Shown here: one piece after another, positions 11,210 through 23,122 of the stretch
Numbering within the stretch: the stretch's first letter is position 1
Layout of the letters: each line of letters opens with the position of its first letter
Source of the DNA: Macrostomum lignano
Lineage: Eukaryota
Direction: 5' to 3'
Assembly: GCA_002269645.1 (NCBI GenBank)
Contig: NIVC01000629.1
Coordinates: 62,001 to 126,000 of the forward strand
Length of the DNA: 64,000 nucleotides
Notes under the pieces: model-generated
The model's database searches: none
Seen by the model: the letters and a program-made list of their open reading frames with translations, nothing else
What the model was told of the DNA's origin: nothing
Program-made: the position numbers and the translations under genes

Positions 11210-13762
11210 GTTTACAGGGAAGTCTCAAAAATCATTAGGGCTACAAGGATCGAGAAGAAAACGTCTTTGAAAGAGCCTTCATCATCGCAAGTAAAGTTAG
11301 AAGTAGCTGAATGCTAAATGCTCACTTTTACAAACAGATAATACACCTGGAGGGGCTGTTGAGCATCAAGGCGTAACACCTTCGGCCACATATCGTTCCA
11401 TAGCTGGCGATGACGCAACTCTGCCGATTCCTCTTGACGCAACCTATTGGGCACAGATCGCTCAGCCTCAACCTTAGCCTGTGCAAGCGCGGGCCACACA
11501 CGCCATCAACGTAACAGGTCGAAATTCCTGCAACCTTATTTGGAAATAAGACCTCAACTACTGCAGCTAATCTGACGCCTTTCTTGACCTAATACTTTAT
11601 AGTGGGTCTTATGATGGTGTTTATGAAGTTATTCTCCAGGCCTATCTAGCATGGGAAACGGGGTGAAATTATGGCAGATGGGGCAGGATAATGCCTTCTA
11701 TATAGGTCAGCTGAGGTCATGGTAACTTTACACGCCCTCTCTTCGAACGCTTGTTGTAAATCTTTCTCTATTTTATCTATGCAGGATGTGGGGGCGATTA
11801 TGTTATCACTCGCAGAAAAAGCACATGTCATTAGTTTCGCCCTATGGAATGCAATGAATTGGTAATTCAAGATGGGCTTACGGCTTATCGAGTTTTTACA
11901 ACTCCGTGTAACATGGCCTGGATCGCGCGGGTGCTCCAGATTTGAACCCAAATGTGGACACAGGCAGCTTATAACACAGGAGCCCCGGAGACCTGCACTT
12001 AAGCTATTAAATTTTATTAAGCTATAACCCAAGGGTTTGGTTCATAACTGATTCCCCTCTAAGAAAGAAGAAGGAAAATGCACCAAGATTAAACTGAACT
12101 GCACACAAATGTATAGGCCTAGTCAGACACTGGGTATGATATATATGGCTACGCAGTTGCTTGATGAAGATAGTTGAGTCACCGAAACTGAGAGGCAGAT
12201 CGCTTGTAGGTAGGCAGATTATACAATCCATACGAGTATTGCATGCAATTCAGAATACTATAGCATTAGTGCGTGTGGCAGTGCAAGCATAGCAGTTATG
12301 GCACTGCTACAACTGGCACCATTTGCCGCCGTCGGGGAACCGTAAAAATCGCTGCTGTGTAATCAATAAACAGGGATTTTTCACTCTCTCTCTCTTCTCT
12401 AACCCCGTTCTCTATTCCCGTGTTTCTATTTCAGCTCCAGTTCTCCCCTTCCCCTTGTGTCGCTCCTCCTCGATACCCTAAAATCCCCCAATGGTTCCCC
12501 AACTCCCCGGGGGATGTGGACTTGGATTCTATATATTCTATACGGATATACCTACGAGTAGTGCAGGTCAGGAAGCAAGTCCCCATAATTTCCTGTGTTT
12601 CCCCGGTGCCACAACCAGCTGTCCAAGTCAAAATTGCACTGCAATGCTGATTGTACAGTTCCTTACCTCAACTATATAGATATAAATCGGGCTTGAACAC
12701 TTGATAGAAAAAGCATCTAACAGTCGGTGGGGGGTCAGCTACATGCGCCCCCCCCCCAGCGAAGCCTCTCTTTCCGGCCCTTGGGACCTTGGAAACTTTA
12801 CAATAGCAAATCCAGCCCACTCAATGTTTGTGTCTCTACCTCTTTCTCATCTCTAATCAAATCTCCTCCTTCCCCTATGATCTGGCCCTCGAGAAAAAAA
12901 GTTTCCAACCCCCAGGCCCTGAAATATTTCGTTTAAATAATCTAACGGTTTCTTTCTTTGTAGTTTCCTTCTAAAATCAAATTAGCTAAATGTGAAATGA
13001 TGCCCACCCGAACCTGTCAGACTTGGAAGCCTGCCGGCCCGGCCGTGACTACGCACGTTTTAATCTATCTTTTGCCATCTAAAACTGCAACTACATAATT
13101 CCCAGCAGGCTGTGGCACGCTGCCATTCATCTTGTAGTTTGTTTGCATCGTGAAACTACAAGTATTAAGCTTAAGCTTACGTTTTTGGTAGAAAATGCAA
13201 TACCACCAGGCTATAATAGGATCAAGAGGTGAATTATCCGTCTGACAGGACCAGGCTGATACAGGCAATGCTAGCAAGCAAATTTTGAAGCAGATTAAGT
13301 TGAGGAAGGATGGACCGGCCTTGCGGTGAACGGGGCATGCAAATCCTGGGCCTCTTGTGAGGCTGCCCTCTCTCTCACTTTCAAAAAAATGTACATACCA
13401 TACAGCCCCAACTCCCCAGGGTCCACCGACCCCACCCCAACCCCTGCTGCCACTCAGCGGCGCGCCTTGGACCGACCGTGCAACCCCCCACCCCACCACC
13501 CCACCACCCCCACTACCCCTGGGGGCAGAGCTTTCAACACACTGCAGTCCAACGTGAACCCCCCCCAACCAACCCCTAAAACAACCCAACCCCTTCAGAC
13601 AGAGAAACGAAGGAAGGCGGGGTTAGCTGGAGGGTAGAAAAAGAGGTCTCAGGAAAGAGCGACAGTAAAATCTTCCTTTTAAATTATACTAGCGTCTCTC
13701 GATTGAGCACGGCCTGGTAAAAGAGACTGCAAGAAAGGGCAATTATTGTTTGGCAACTATCA

Positions 13763-16170
13763 ATGACCGTCTTGTCACAACTGCTACTGCTTCAAGTGCT
13801 GACAGTGTCTGCAATGGTGGCAGGCCTGCAGCAGCACTACCCGAAGCCGGAGTGCGACTGTTTTATCCGCCAGCCGCAAACGCTGTCGAGCCTGCGGCAG
13901 CACTATCTGCAGCAGCAGGTCGGGGTGAGTTGTTCTGCCAGAACAGCCACGCCTCGCCTCTGCCGTATCCGCATCAGCAGCAGCCGCTTAGAGGCGCCAA
14001 TTTTTATTGCGCCGACTACAAACTGCGCGCCGAGAACTTTGGAATCGGTGCTATCGAAGGCCAATTGTTGAAAACTCTGGCAGTTTCCACGCATATTCAA
14101 CAGGTTGAACTAACCGGAAATCGGCTGTCGCTGCTCACCCAGGCCCACTTTGCCTCGGTGCCGAATCTGCGGCGACTGAGTTTGAATCGCAACGCGATTC
14201 GCGAATTAAATTATCACGCATTCGACGGCTTGCACCGCCTGTTCTACTTGGACTTGGACGACAACCGGCTTATAGAGATCACGCCAATGACATTTGGCAC
14301 CACGACTGTGCACTCGACTGGGCATCGGTGCAATCTCAGGTCTTTGGTCTACCTGTATCTAGCTAATAATCAGATTGAACGCATCGAGCCGAAAAGCTTC
14401 GAGTGCATGACCAACCTGCGCGAGCTCAACCTGCAGAAGAACATCATCAAGATGCTGCCAGACCGAGCCTTCTTCAACCTGCTCTCGCTGAACACGCTGA
14501 AACTTTACGACAACCAGATTAGCGAAATCCACGAGCTTGTTTTCACCGAATGCTGCGGCTTGATCCGCTACCTGAGCCTGGTGGACAACAGGCTGTCCGA
14601 CTTGCCGCACAACACCTTGAAGACGATGGAAAACCTCACCAGCCTGTACCTGGACCGCAACCAGTTCGTCCACGTGCCAAATTACCTGCTATCTACCATC
14701 GACAGTCACCAGCGCAGCGCCTCGTCGAAGATCTCCGACTTCCATCTGCAGCGCAATCACATAGTGCAGATTAGTCGGAAAGATTTCCAAGGCGCCGGGA
14801 AAGTTGAGTCAGTCAATCTATTCGATAACAGCATTCAGCGCATCGAGGACTACAGCTTCTCCAGCCTGAGCTATACCGTTAATCTCGTGTTGCAGAAGAA
14901 CGAAATTCGAAGCGTAACCAATCGAACATTTTCTGGCCTAGTCCGGCTCCGCTATCTGATCCTGACGGACAACCGGTTGGAGCACATCGACGACTGCGCG
15001 TTCAGTCCGTTGATCCGACTGGACACCCTGTCTCTGGCCTCCAACCGGCTCACAGGTGTGCGCCGGCTCATGTTCAAAAACCTCAACTATACGTTCTCGC
15101 TAAATCTAGCTTCGAACTACATCAATCAGCTGCAAGGAGACGAGTTCAGTCTGCTGCCTGGACTCAAATATTTGTACTTGGAGAAGAACTCGCTAACTCA
15201 CCTGCGCAAAAACTATTTTCAAGGCCTCGCCGGATTGCGCAAGCTCGACCTGAGCGACAATCAAATTCGAACTATCGATCCGTTAACATTCGGCAAACTG
15301 GACCAGCTGGCGTTTCTCGACCTGAGCGGCAATCTCCTGACGTCAGTGTGCTCCTACGAGCTGCACGGCTTGTCCAGTTTGCACTCGCTGCTGCTTGGCA
15401 AGAACCAAATTTCCAGCTTTGATCCGGACGCTCTAGACCAGCTGGCTGACTCGCTGAACCTGCTGGACCTGCACGACAACCGCCTGACTGAGTTCTCCAC
15501 CGGCTACACTAAGCCCGGGATGAGTCTGGTCTACTTGGACTTGAGCAGCAACCGGCTGATATTAGACGACGATTGCACTTTCTGCGGCTTCGACTCTGTC
15601 CGACACGCACACATCGGCGTGGCTACGCGGAGCGGCGACAACGGCACAAGCGTCGATTTCCGGTTGAACTCGGCTCGACTGCCCGGCCTTGGCGGCGGCG
15701 GGCCGTCCGGCCTTCTCGACCTGACGGTGAACGGCGTCTCCAGCCGCAACAGTTGGTCTGGGCCGTGCAGGCCGGGGGCCGTTTCCGGGTGTCGCGAGGT
15801 TCGGGCTAGCCGAATCCAGGCCGCCAGGAACCTCGCCTGCGCCGGCAGCGGCAGCAGCAGCTCCGATGTAAACAGCAACGGAAGATCCAACGGGAAATCT
15901 GGCCATGACGGCTCCCACTCGGGCGTGACGCTCAGCCACGTCGTGCTGTACGTGTCTATCCCGGTGCTGCTGCTCCTCCTGGCTGCCGCCGCAATCGTTC
16001 TCGGCTTCTGCGTGGCCTCCAGGCGGAAGAGCGCACTCAGGCGGAGACAATTTCAACAGCGACACATCTGGGAACCGGACTCGAACCTGCTCGAGCTGAA
16101 CGTTGAGCAGTCATCCAGCATGTCTGAGATGCCCAAGTTCAGCAATAAAATCTATGGAAATCTGTTGTGA
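13763..16170 (+). CDS. Leucine-rich-repeat single-pass membrane receptor, about 784 aa, no TIR domain; exons 13763-13924 and 13978-16170
   Basis: Signal peptide MTVLSQLLLLQVLTVSAMVAG and the LRRNT start (YPKPECDC) are in the 13763 frame. A GTGAGT donor at 13925 joins in phase 0 to CAG acceptors at 13977, 13980 or 13983. About 20 LxxLxLxxNxI repeats follow, then TM VVLYVSIPVLLLLLAAAAIVLGFCVAS and a short tail ending FSNKIYGNLL. Confidence 0.88.
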
Positions 16171-16237
16171 ATTTCCAACTGGCGCGCCAAGCAACAAGAG
16201 TTGTACAGAAATGCTTGGTGCATATGCAACTATCAGT

Positions 16238-17564
16238 TGTTATGCCGTGGCTTTCGCCCGAGATAGAACAAGGATTTCCCTGGGTGGTCGGGTAGGTCTT
16301 GATATCCCACCGCTGCCACCAGTGTAATGGCTGTGCCTTTTGCTCTCCGCTGCCACCAATGTAATGCTGGTGCCGGATCCCACCAATGTAACCAATGTAA
16401 TGGCCTTGTGGATCCCCGTCTCTTTGGTGATTACTGTTGTTGCCTACTACTTCCTCTGTCTGTCCTCGCTATCTAGCACGGCCGGTAGCTGGCCTGAGTG
16501 GTCTAGCACTATGGTCCGAATTAACCCCTCTTAGTCTCCACTGAGTACAGTTAGATAATAACCGAGTATTGGTAGTTGGGTTGCTGCCACCTTGTAGGTC
16601 TACCGGTGATATCCTCGACAGGTTACCCCTAGGTAGGCCTACTGATAAGTAGAAAATAAATAAGACAAACAAGTCAGTTAATCGTTTATTAATGTGAGTA
16701 ACGGTCACAGGCCGATCCTAAAATATCGTTTAGTAGCTCAACTGGTGTCGCAGTAAACGCCCTAAGCTGTACTGTGCGTCAGTTGATGTTGCCCAGCAGT
16801 GTAGGTTGTAGGCCACGAGACCAGGTCCAGACGGTGTTGAAGGTCTGGTGAGCTGCTGACACAAGGACCTGCGGCAGTCTTAATGAGCAAATGGCAGCTG
16901 CAACAAGGATTTGTTAGCAGGTTATCCCTAGGAAAAACGTCTAGCGATCTGCCTAAGCTAGTTCGTCTAGGAAAAGCATCTAGGAATACTAGCCTTTGCT
17001 CGAAGCCAAGCAGGCGGTCTCCGAGAGGATGGTCTCTTTGGGCCTTCACCTATTCTGTATTTATACTAAATTTCGGGGGTCTCAGGGCCAATGGGAAGCT
17101 CAGAGGCAGTTCCGTGGCAGATCCCATGGCAGTTCCGTGGACTACCCGGAGCCAGGAGCGATCTTGGAGATGTCCATAAGACATCTGCCTCATCATGCAG
17201 CCTCCGCATGGCCTGCTGGTACACTGCTTGCATGTTGCCGCATGCAAGGAGTGCAACCAAGACCCCACGAGATCCTACCCCGGGCGGAGAGCTATGCTCT
17301 CACTCCCGCTGACTAAATAAGCCTGTACTAAGGGAGAAATATCCCACTGACTAATGTTTCTATTTTTAGCCCATTGCAGACTGCGCCAGGGGGAGAGGGG
17401 GAGAGATTTCTCTCCCTGTCCCGCGACAGCTGCACACCTGAGCCTGCACAAGGAAGAAGGGGAAGGGACAGCCCTATGCCCAGCTCCCACTGCTGCAGCC
17501 CAAGCACTAACTGACTAAGGGGGATCCCAGGAGCAGCCTATGCTAGCTATGCTGGATCACCACA
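16238..17564 (-). repeat. 3' LTR
   Basis: No difference from 24106-25432 found by eye, and all ORF-track translations match. Minus-strand TATAAA 17060-17065 and AATAAA 16685-16690 suggest U3 about 530, R about 360 and U5 about 430 nt (inferred). Confidence 0.97.
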
Positions 17565-17590
17565 CCCACCCCACCTGAAAAAGAAGAAGC
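17565..17590 (-). other. Polypurine tract with upstream U-tract
   Basis: Minus strand TTCTTCTTTTTCAGGTGGGGTGGG directly abuts the 3' LTR start TGTGGTG. Confidence 0.8.
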
Positions 17591-17752
17591 GACACCAGGA
17601 GGTTCTTCATCAAATAAGGTAAGTCAATGTATTTATTAAAGAAAGGCCATAGGCCAATGCACAAGTAATCGATATAGTCGTTGAAAGGCATTACGCCAAT
17701 ACACCTGGCGAGGCCGTAGGCCTGCCATAGAATGTCGTTCTCGCTTGCCGAA

Positions 17753-20700
17753 TTAGTGAGCCGGTTTCGCCGTGTTCAGCAGCGCCAAGGCCTCTGGTGA
17801 GAGAACCGCCATGCGGCCGAGGTCTTGGGCAGCCCGACGTACCGCAGCTTCTAGGGCAACCGCGTGGTGCCGGTACGGCAACAGAAGAGTACGAGTCCGG
17901 CAGAAGGCTTTGTTGATCAATGCCTGACGTTTTGTCTCCGTCTTGGCCTTTAAGGCTACTACCTGGGGCGTGGGCCAAGCTGTTATGTCCCCGGTGTAGG
18001 CGGCCTTCAGCAACACGGAGACAAGCATGTTCTCTAGTGGCTTGTTTGTCTGCGCCTGGCAGGCTGTTCCGCCGTGAGTCGGCACTGCCTCCCGCGGGGG
18101 GGGGGCGCTGTGCTTTCCCAGCCGTTCCTGAACTGAAAGATGCTCTGTGGACCGCCAATTGGCTGCGCGCTGCCCCGAGCGGCTCCTTGAGGTGCCCGAG
18201 ATCGTCCGGCCTCGTCCCCTAGACGGGGGACGGTCCAGCAAGGCCGTCCTTCGCTGCGCCGGCTCTGTCTGAGGTCCGGCTGCGGCCTGTATGTTCGTGT
18301 CGACCTGAAGCAGCGCCCTTCTCACTATCCCGACGGGAGCCACGACCTGTGGGCCCGATGGCACTGGCGCTGGTTTCGTCGTTACACGTCCCGCATCGGG
18401 GCGCGGTGACGACACGTCCTTCGGGTCAAATGACTCGTCCGAGGCAGACAGCGACAGCTGCTGCTCAAGAGGCATGTCCGAATCGCTCATGATGAGGCTG
18501 GAATGCGGAAGATAGTGCCTTATTGTAGAGACAAAGGTATCCTTGATTCGAGAGACATAGGATTTAGCTTTAGGATTTAGCATTAGTCTCTCCGGGGCTC
18601 GGCGGTCTCTCTGTGGGCGCTCAGCGACAGGCTGAGGGTCCGGGGGCACCGCTTCGGGCTGTTCTATTTCCCTGTGTGCTTCAGGTTGCTCATGAACAGC
18701 TTCCCCATCCTCATTCATTTCAGGTTCGGCGACTTCTGGGATCGCTGCTAATGCTGCGGCCGGACGCAGAAAGTAGCGCGGGGCCCAGTCGTCATCATCG
18801 TCATCGAGCTCGTCAACGTCGTCGGCGGCTTCGCCGGTATTCTGAGAGGCAGTGGTTTCTAGGGCAACGCGACGCTTATGCGGCGGCCCAGCACGGTGCT
18901 CAGCTGCCCGGCCAGCCGGCTCTGGATAGTCAGCTTGCGGAACCGGTAGCATATTGCGACGGTGCACCACCAACTCCTCTCGACGAGCCCTAGGATTCCG
19001 GAGGCGAGGTCTGATCTTGTAGACAACTTCTCCTTTGCGCTCTACTACTTCATACACAGCCTTGCGCGGTCTGTGAAATTTCTGCGCTTCCCAAGACTGA
19101 TCTAAGACTGGATTGTTCAGGAAGACTAGGTCACCCGGTGAGAGCTGCTTGGCCTTCGGGCGATTCTCATAATGTTCATCGCGAAGTTCTTGATGCAGCT
19201 TCACACGGTCCTGGGCTAATTTATTAGCCTCCTCTAGTCTCTTCTGGAAGTCTTGGACGTACGTTGGCAAGTCCGGATATTCAGGTGGGACCCGAAGCTC
19301 ATTATCAATGGGCATCCGGTATTCTCTTCCAAAGACCAAGAAGTAGGGCGTAAACCCTGTTACCAGGTGAACGCTAGATCGCAGAGCGATCATGCATGCT
19401 GGGAGGAAGGTGTCCCAATCCTGGTGATTCTTCTCCAGCAAGCACGTGAGTACACTCTTGATTGTCTTGTTGAGATTTTCCACCTGGCCATTCGAACTAG
19501 GATTATAAGGCGTTGTGGTCGTGTGCCTAATGCCGTACAGCTCACAAAACTTCTTAAAGTCCTTTCCAGTGAAATTCGTTCCTTGGTCGGTGTGCAGCCA
19601 CGCTGGTACACCATACTCCGGAAACAATCTCTCCTGAAGAATCTTGACTACGGTCTTGGTTTTCTGGTTCCGCATAGGGAACGCAAAAGGGTATTTTGAA
19701 GTAGCATCGCACAGAGTCAGAATATAGCGGTGGCCAGCTCGCGAAGGCTGCGAGATTGGGCCGACAACGTCGCAGTGTAGCCGTCCCATTACTTCACAGA
19801 CTGGGAAGCTCTGCACGGGCACAGCTTCGCGACGGCGAGTCTTGCTCTCCAGGCAGACTCGACATCGGGCCACGTAGGCCTTAACCGCTTTGCTCAAAGA
19901 CGGCCTCCAAAACCTTTGTCTAACCCGAAGATAGGTCTTAGTTTCGCCAAGGTGTCCACTCAAGGGAGCATCATGGAGCTCTTTGAACACCTGGTCATCT
20001 AGACTCTTCGGCAGCACAATGCGCGGTGGACGGTCTGCTATGTCTTCATCGTAGACGAGCAGGTTGTCTACTAGCCGCAACATCTCAAAGTAGCCTAGTA
20101 GGTTGCGCGTATCCCTACTAAGACGTAGTCGGGCGTCAAAGGACGGCTTGGGCGAACTAGTCGCTAAAAGATTTCTGACGAACTCAATGTCCGGGTCCTT
20201 CTGCTGCTCGAGGAGCAGTTGGTCTCGCTTCAGAGGTTCGGACAGAAAATCACTAAGCAGAACACGACAGCGTGGAGGAACATCCTCACTAACGCTACGG
20301 TTCGCTGATTCCGTTATTGAAGCAGATAATGGCCTTGCTGCGTCGTCGGTCTGGATCTCTGCGGTCAGGTCACCTGAGACACGAGGGCGAACAGCTTCTA
20401 TGGCCGTAGGTGCGGTAGTGTGGCGTCCAACTGGGGCAAAGTCCACAGCTAAACCAGCAACCTTGGCTGCCCATTCCGAGCGGCGGTCCACTGAGGGACA
20501 ACATGTCGCATCAGCCTGGCAGACAGCCTCGGACGCTCCCGCCGAACAACGGTTCACTGAGGAACAACATGTTGAGTCGGCAGAAACGGCCGCAATAACG
20601 GGTGTCGGACATCGGTCCACTGAGGGACAACATGATGAGCCGGCGACGGCAATACGAGATTCCTGCGAGGCAGAACTGCTGGAAGTTACTTGGCTGGTGT

Positions 20701-23122
20701 CTTCGACTAATCGGAGGGCTGAGGGTACAGTGGCCTCATTGTCTGTCTGGTTGGGTGTCCGTGCTCCAGGACGACAGTCATCGAACTCCGGACCGTCCGG
20801 CTTTCTTGATAAGCTGTCTGCGTTCTGGTGCAAACTTCCCTTCCGATGAATGACAGCAAAGTCGAATTCACTTAGCCGTTCAACCCAACGACCCAAGATC
20901 TCTTCGGCTTCAGTCTGGCGAATGAGCCAAAGAAGAGCCCTGTGGTCTGTTCTAACCTCAAATCTCTTGCCGATTAAGTAGTAACGAAAGTGCCTCATCG
21001 AGTCAACAACGGCCAAAAGCTCACGCTTGGTGTTGTTGTACCTCGTTTCAGGCTCGCGCAATTTCCGACTAAAATAGGCAACAGGCCGCTCCGCACCATC
21101 GGATTGGCGCTGGCCTAAACAGGCGCCGATTCGGAAACCGGAGGCATCACAATCCAGGACGAAGACTGTGTCTGGGTCTGTGTTGTACTCTGGGTACGCG
21201 AGGACCTCAGTAGAGCACAGCTTCTTCTTGAGCTCATCGAAAGCTTTCGAGTGTTGCTCTGTCCAGAGCCCTTGAACCCAACAAGGTTCTTCCGAGTCAA
21301 TTGATGCAACGGGGCAGCAATTTCGGCGTAATTCTTGACGAATTTGGCATAGTAGTTACAGAGACCTAGAAAGCTCTGCAGCTGCTTGACTGTCTGAGGA
21401 CGCGGCCAGTCTAGTATCTGCTGTACCTTGTCTTCATTAGTCCTAATGCCTCGTCTGTCGACTACATGTCCGAGATAGTGCAACTCTGTCTTAAACAGAT
21501 GGCATTTGCGTGGCTTTAGCTTAAGATTGGCTTCAATGAGCCGCCTGAACATTTCGCGAAGATGTTCGAGGTGCTCCTCGAAGGCAATACTATGAATGAC
21601 AATGTCATCCATGTATCCTAAGGCGAACTTAGTGATACCGTCTAGCAGCATATTGATGCATCGCTGGAAGGCTCCGGGGCTATCGCGAAGTCCCATAGGC
21701 AAGACGTTGAACTCGAACTGACCTCGATTGATCACTGAGAAGGCTGTGCGAAAACGATCCTCTTCACGCAACGGGATCTGATAGAACCCTTGAGCAAGAT
21801 CCAAGCTGCTGAACCATTGAGATCCACGGAGACATGCAAACGTCTCCTGGATAGATGGCAACGGATATGGACGATATTTGCATCTCTCATTCAGCTCGCG
21901 ATAGTCGTGGACTATGCGGACTGATTTATCCTTCTTAGGTACTACTAAGATAGGAGAGCTGTAGCTTGAATAAGATGGCCTGATCACGCCCTTCTCTAGC
22001 ATCTCATCTAGCAGCTGATTGACCTGATCTTGCAGGTGCGGGGGGGACCCTGCGAGCTGGAATCCTAACTGGAGTCTCGTCTCGCATGACAATCTGATGG
22101 GTCACCAGGTGAGTCAGACCGTGATCAAGAGTGTGCGTGGAGAACGCATTACGTGACTCTCTGATCAGCTCTCGAACCTGGGACTTCTGGTCCTCCGTGA
22201 TCGAATCGCCTATCTCTATCTCATTGATCCAATCGTCACTGGCTGAATTGATGTTATCGTCTAGGTGCAACTTACGCACAGGTGTTGCTTTCAGTTCTGG
22301 ATAGTACTCGAGGTCTTGCGTCCGGAGCGGTGTGGCAAGGCCCACCAAGGCTCCTTTGGCTATATTAACTGGAAAGTTGTTAGGATTAACGACTTCCATG
22401 CAGCCTTTGCCTTCATGCATCGTTACCAATGCAGCAGAGGCGCGGACCTGGGAAAGCCCAGCGCGGAGTCCAGATCTGAGTGGTTCAACCACTGCTGGCA
22501 CTCCATAATTCGATTTTTTGCCACGTGCCAGTTGCACAGAAATGAGGCCAGAACTTCGAGCAGGAATCTGATGTTTTCCGGCAACATAGACTCTGCACGA
22601 GGTTGGCTCACGGCGCGTATAGCGCACGGGTACACAAGTACCAGTAGTGAGGGTAAGCATTCCTGTCTGGAACTCCAAGGTCCGACAGTGCTTCCTCATA
22701 AAATCAATGCCTAGGAGATTCTCCTGATCGCCGCTTACAATGTAGAATTCAGCTTCAGCTGAGAAATCTCCGAAGACAACATCAAGCATAACCTTACCGG
22801 TTAGCTGTAATTCAGAACCATCATAGGTTAGAATACGATCGGAATAAGTAGGTGTAACTACGCATGCATGTGCAGTATTGCGCGATAACAATCGCCAAGT
22901 AGAAAGGCCCATCAGGTTCAGTCTGCTCCCGCTGTCGAGAAGCAAGGGAACCTGTTGGCCGAAAATAAGCGCAGTTACATAAGGATCAGCACCAGAGTTA
23001 TATACATTATTTACAAAGGAAGAGTCTACGGTATCGCCAGACTCTCCAGACTGCTTTAGTGCGACTTCGGGGGTTGGCCCTGGAGAGGGTCCTGGTTGGC
23101 AACCCCCGCCCGGACGTTTCCC
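17753..23122 (-). CDS. pol: Gypsy pol (protease, RT, RNase H, integrase, long C-terminal extension), reached by -1 frameshift; interrupted by +1 (22040-22046) and -1 (21269-21271) indels
   Basis: PR LLDSGS; RT SLDLAQGFYQI..PMGL..YMDDIV; RH LDCDAS..KRELLAVV..TDHRAL; IN HHCC, HCDVVGP, HTDQGTNF, NGQVENLN. Protease and RH-IN ORFs share one frame; the RT ORF is offset by one. Confidence 0.93.

Noticed and set aside
13750-13977. N-terminal part of the 806-aa ORF-track protein
   Set aside because: Starts at TTG and has no signal peptide; the overlapping ATG 13763 frame plus a short intron gives a coherent protein.
16340-17490. Short ORFs in both LTRs, including a hydrophobic 64-aa antisense ORF
   Set aside because: No homology or motif; overlapping short frames are expected in a 1.3-kb GC-balanced LTR.
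17753-18490. env gene
   Set aside because: No signal peptide, furin site or transmembrane segment; reported instead as an unknown accessory ORF.
20103-20849. 248-aa antisense ORF over pol, and similar shadows over the LRR gene and gag
   Set aside because: Opposite-strand shadows of GC-rich coding sequence.
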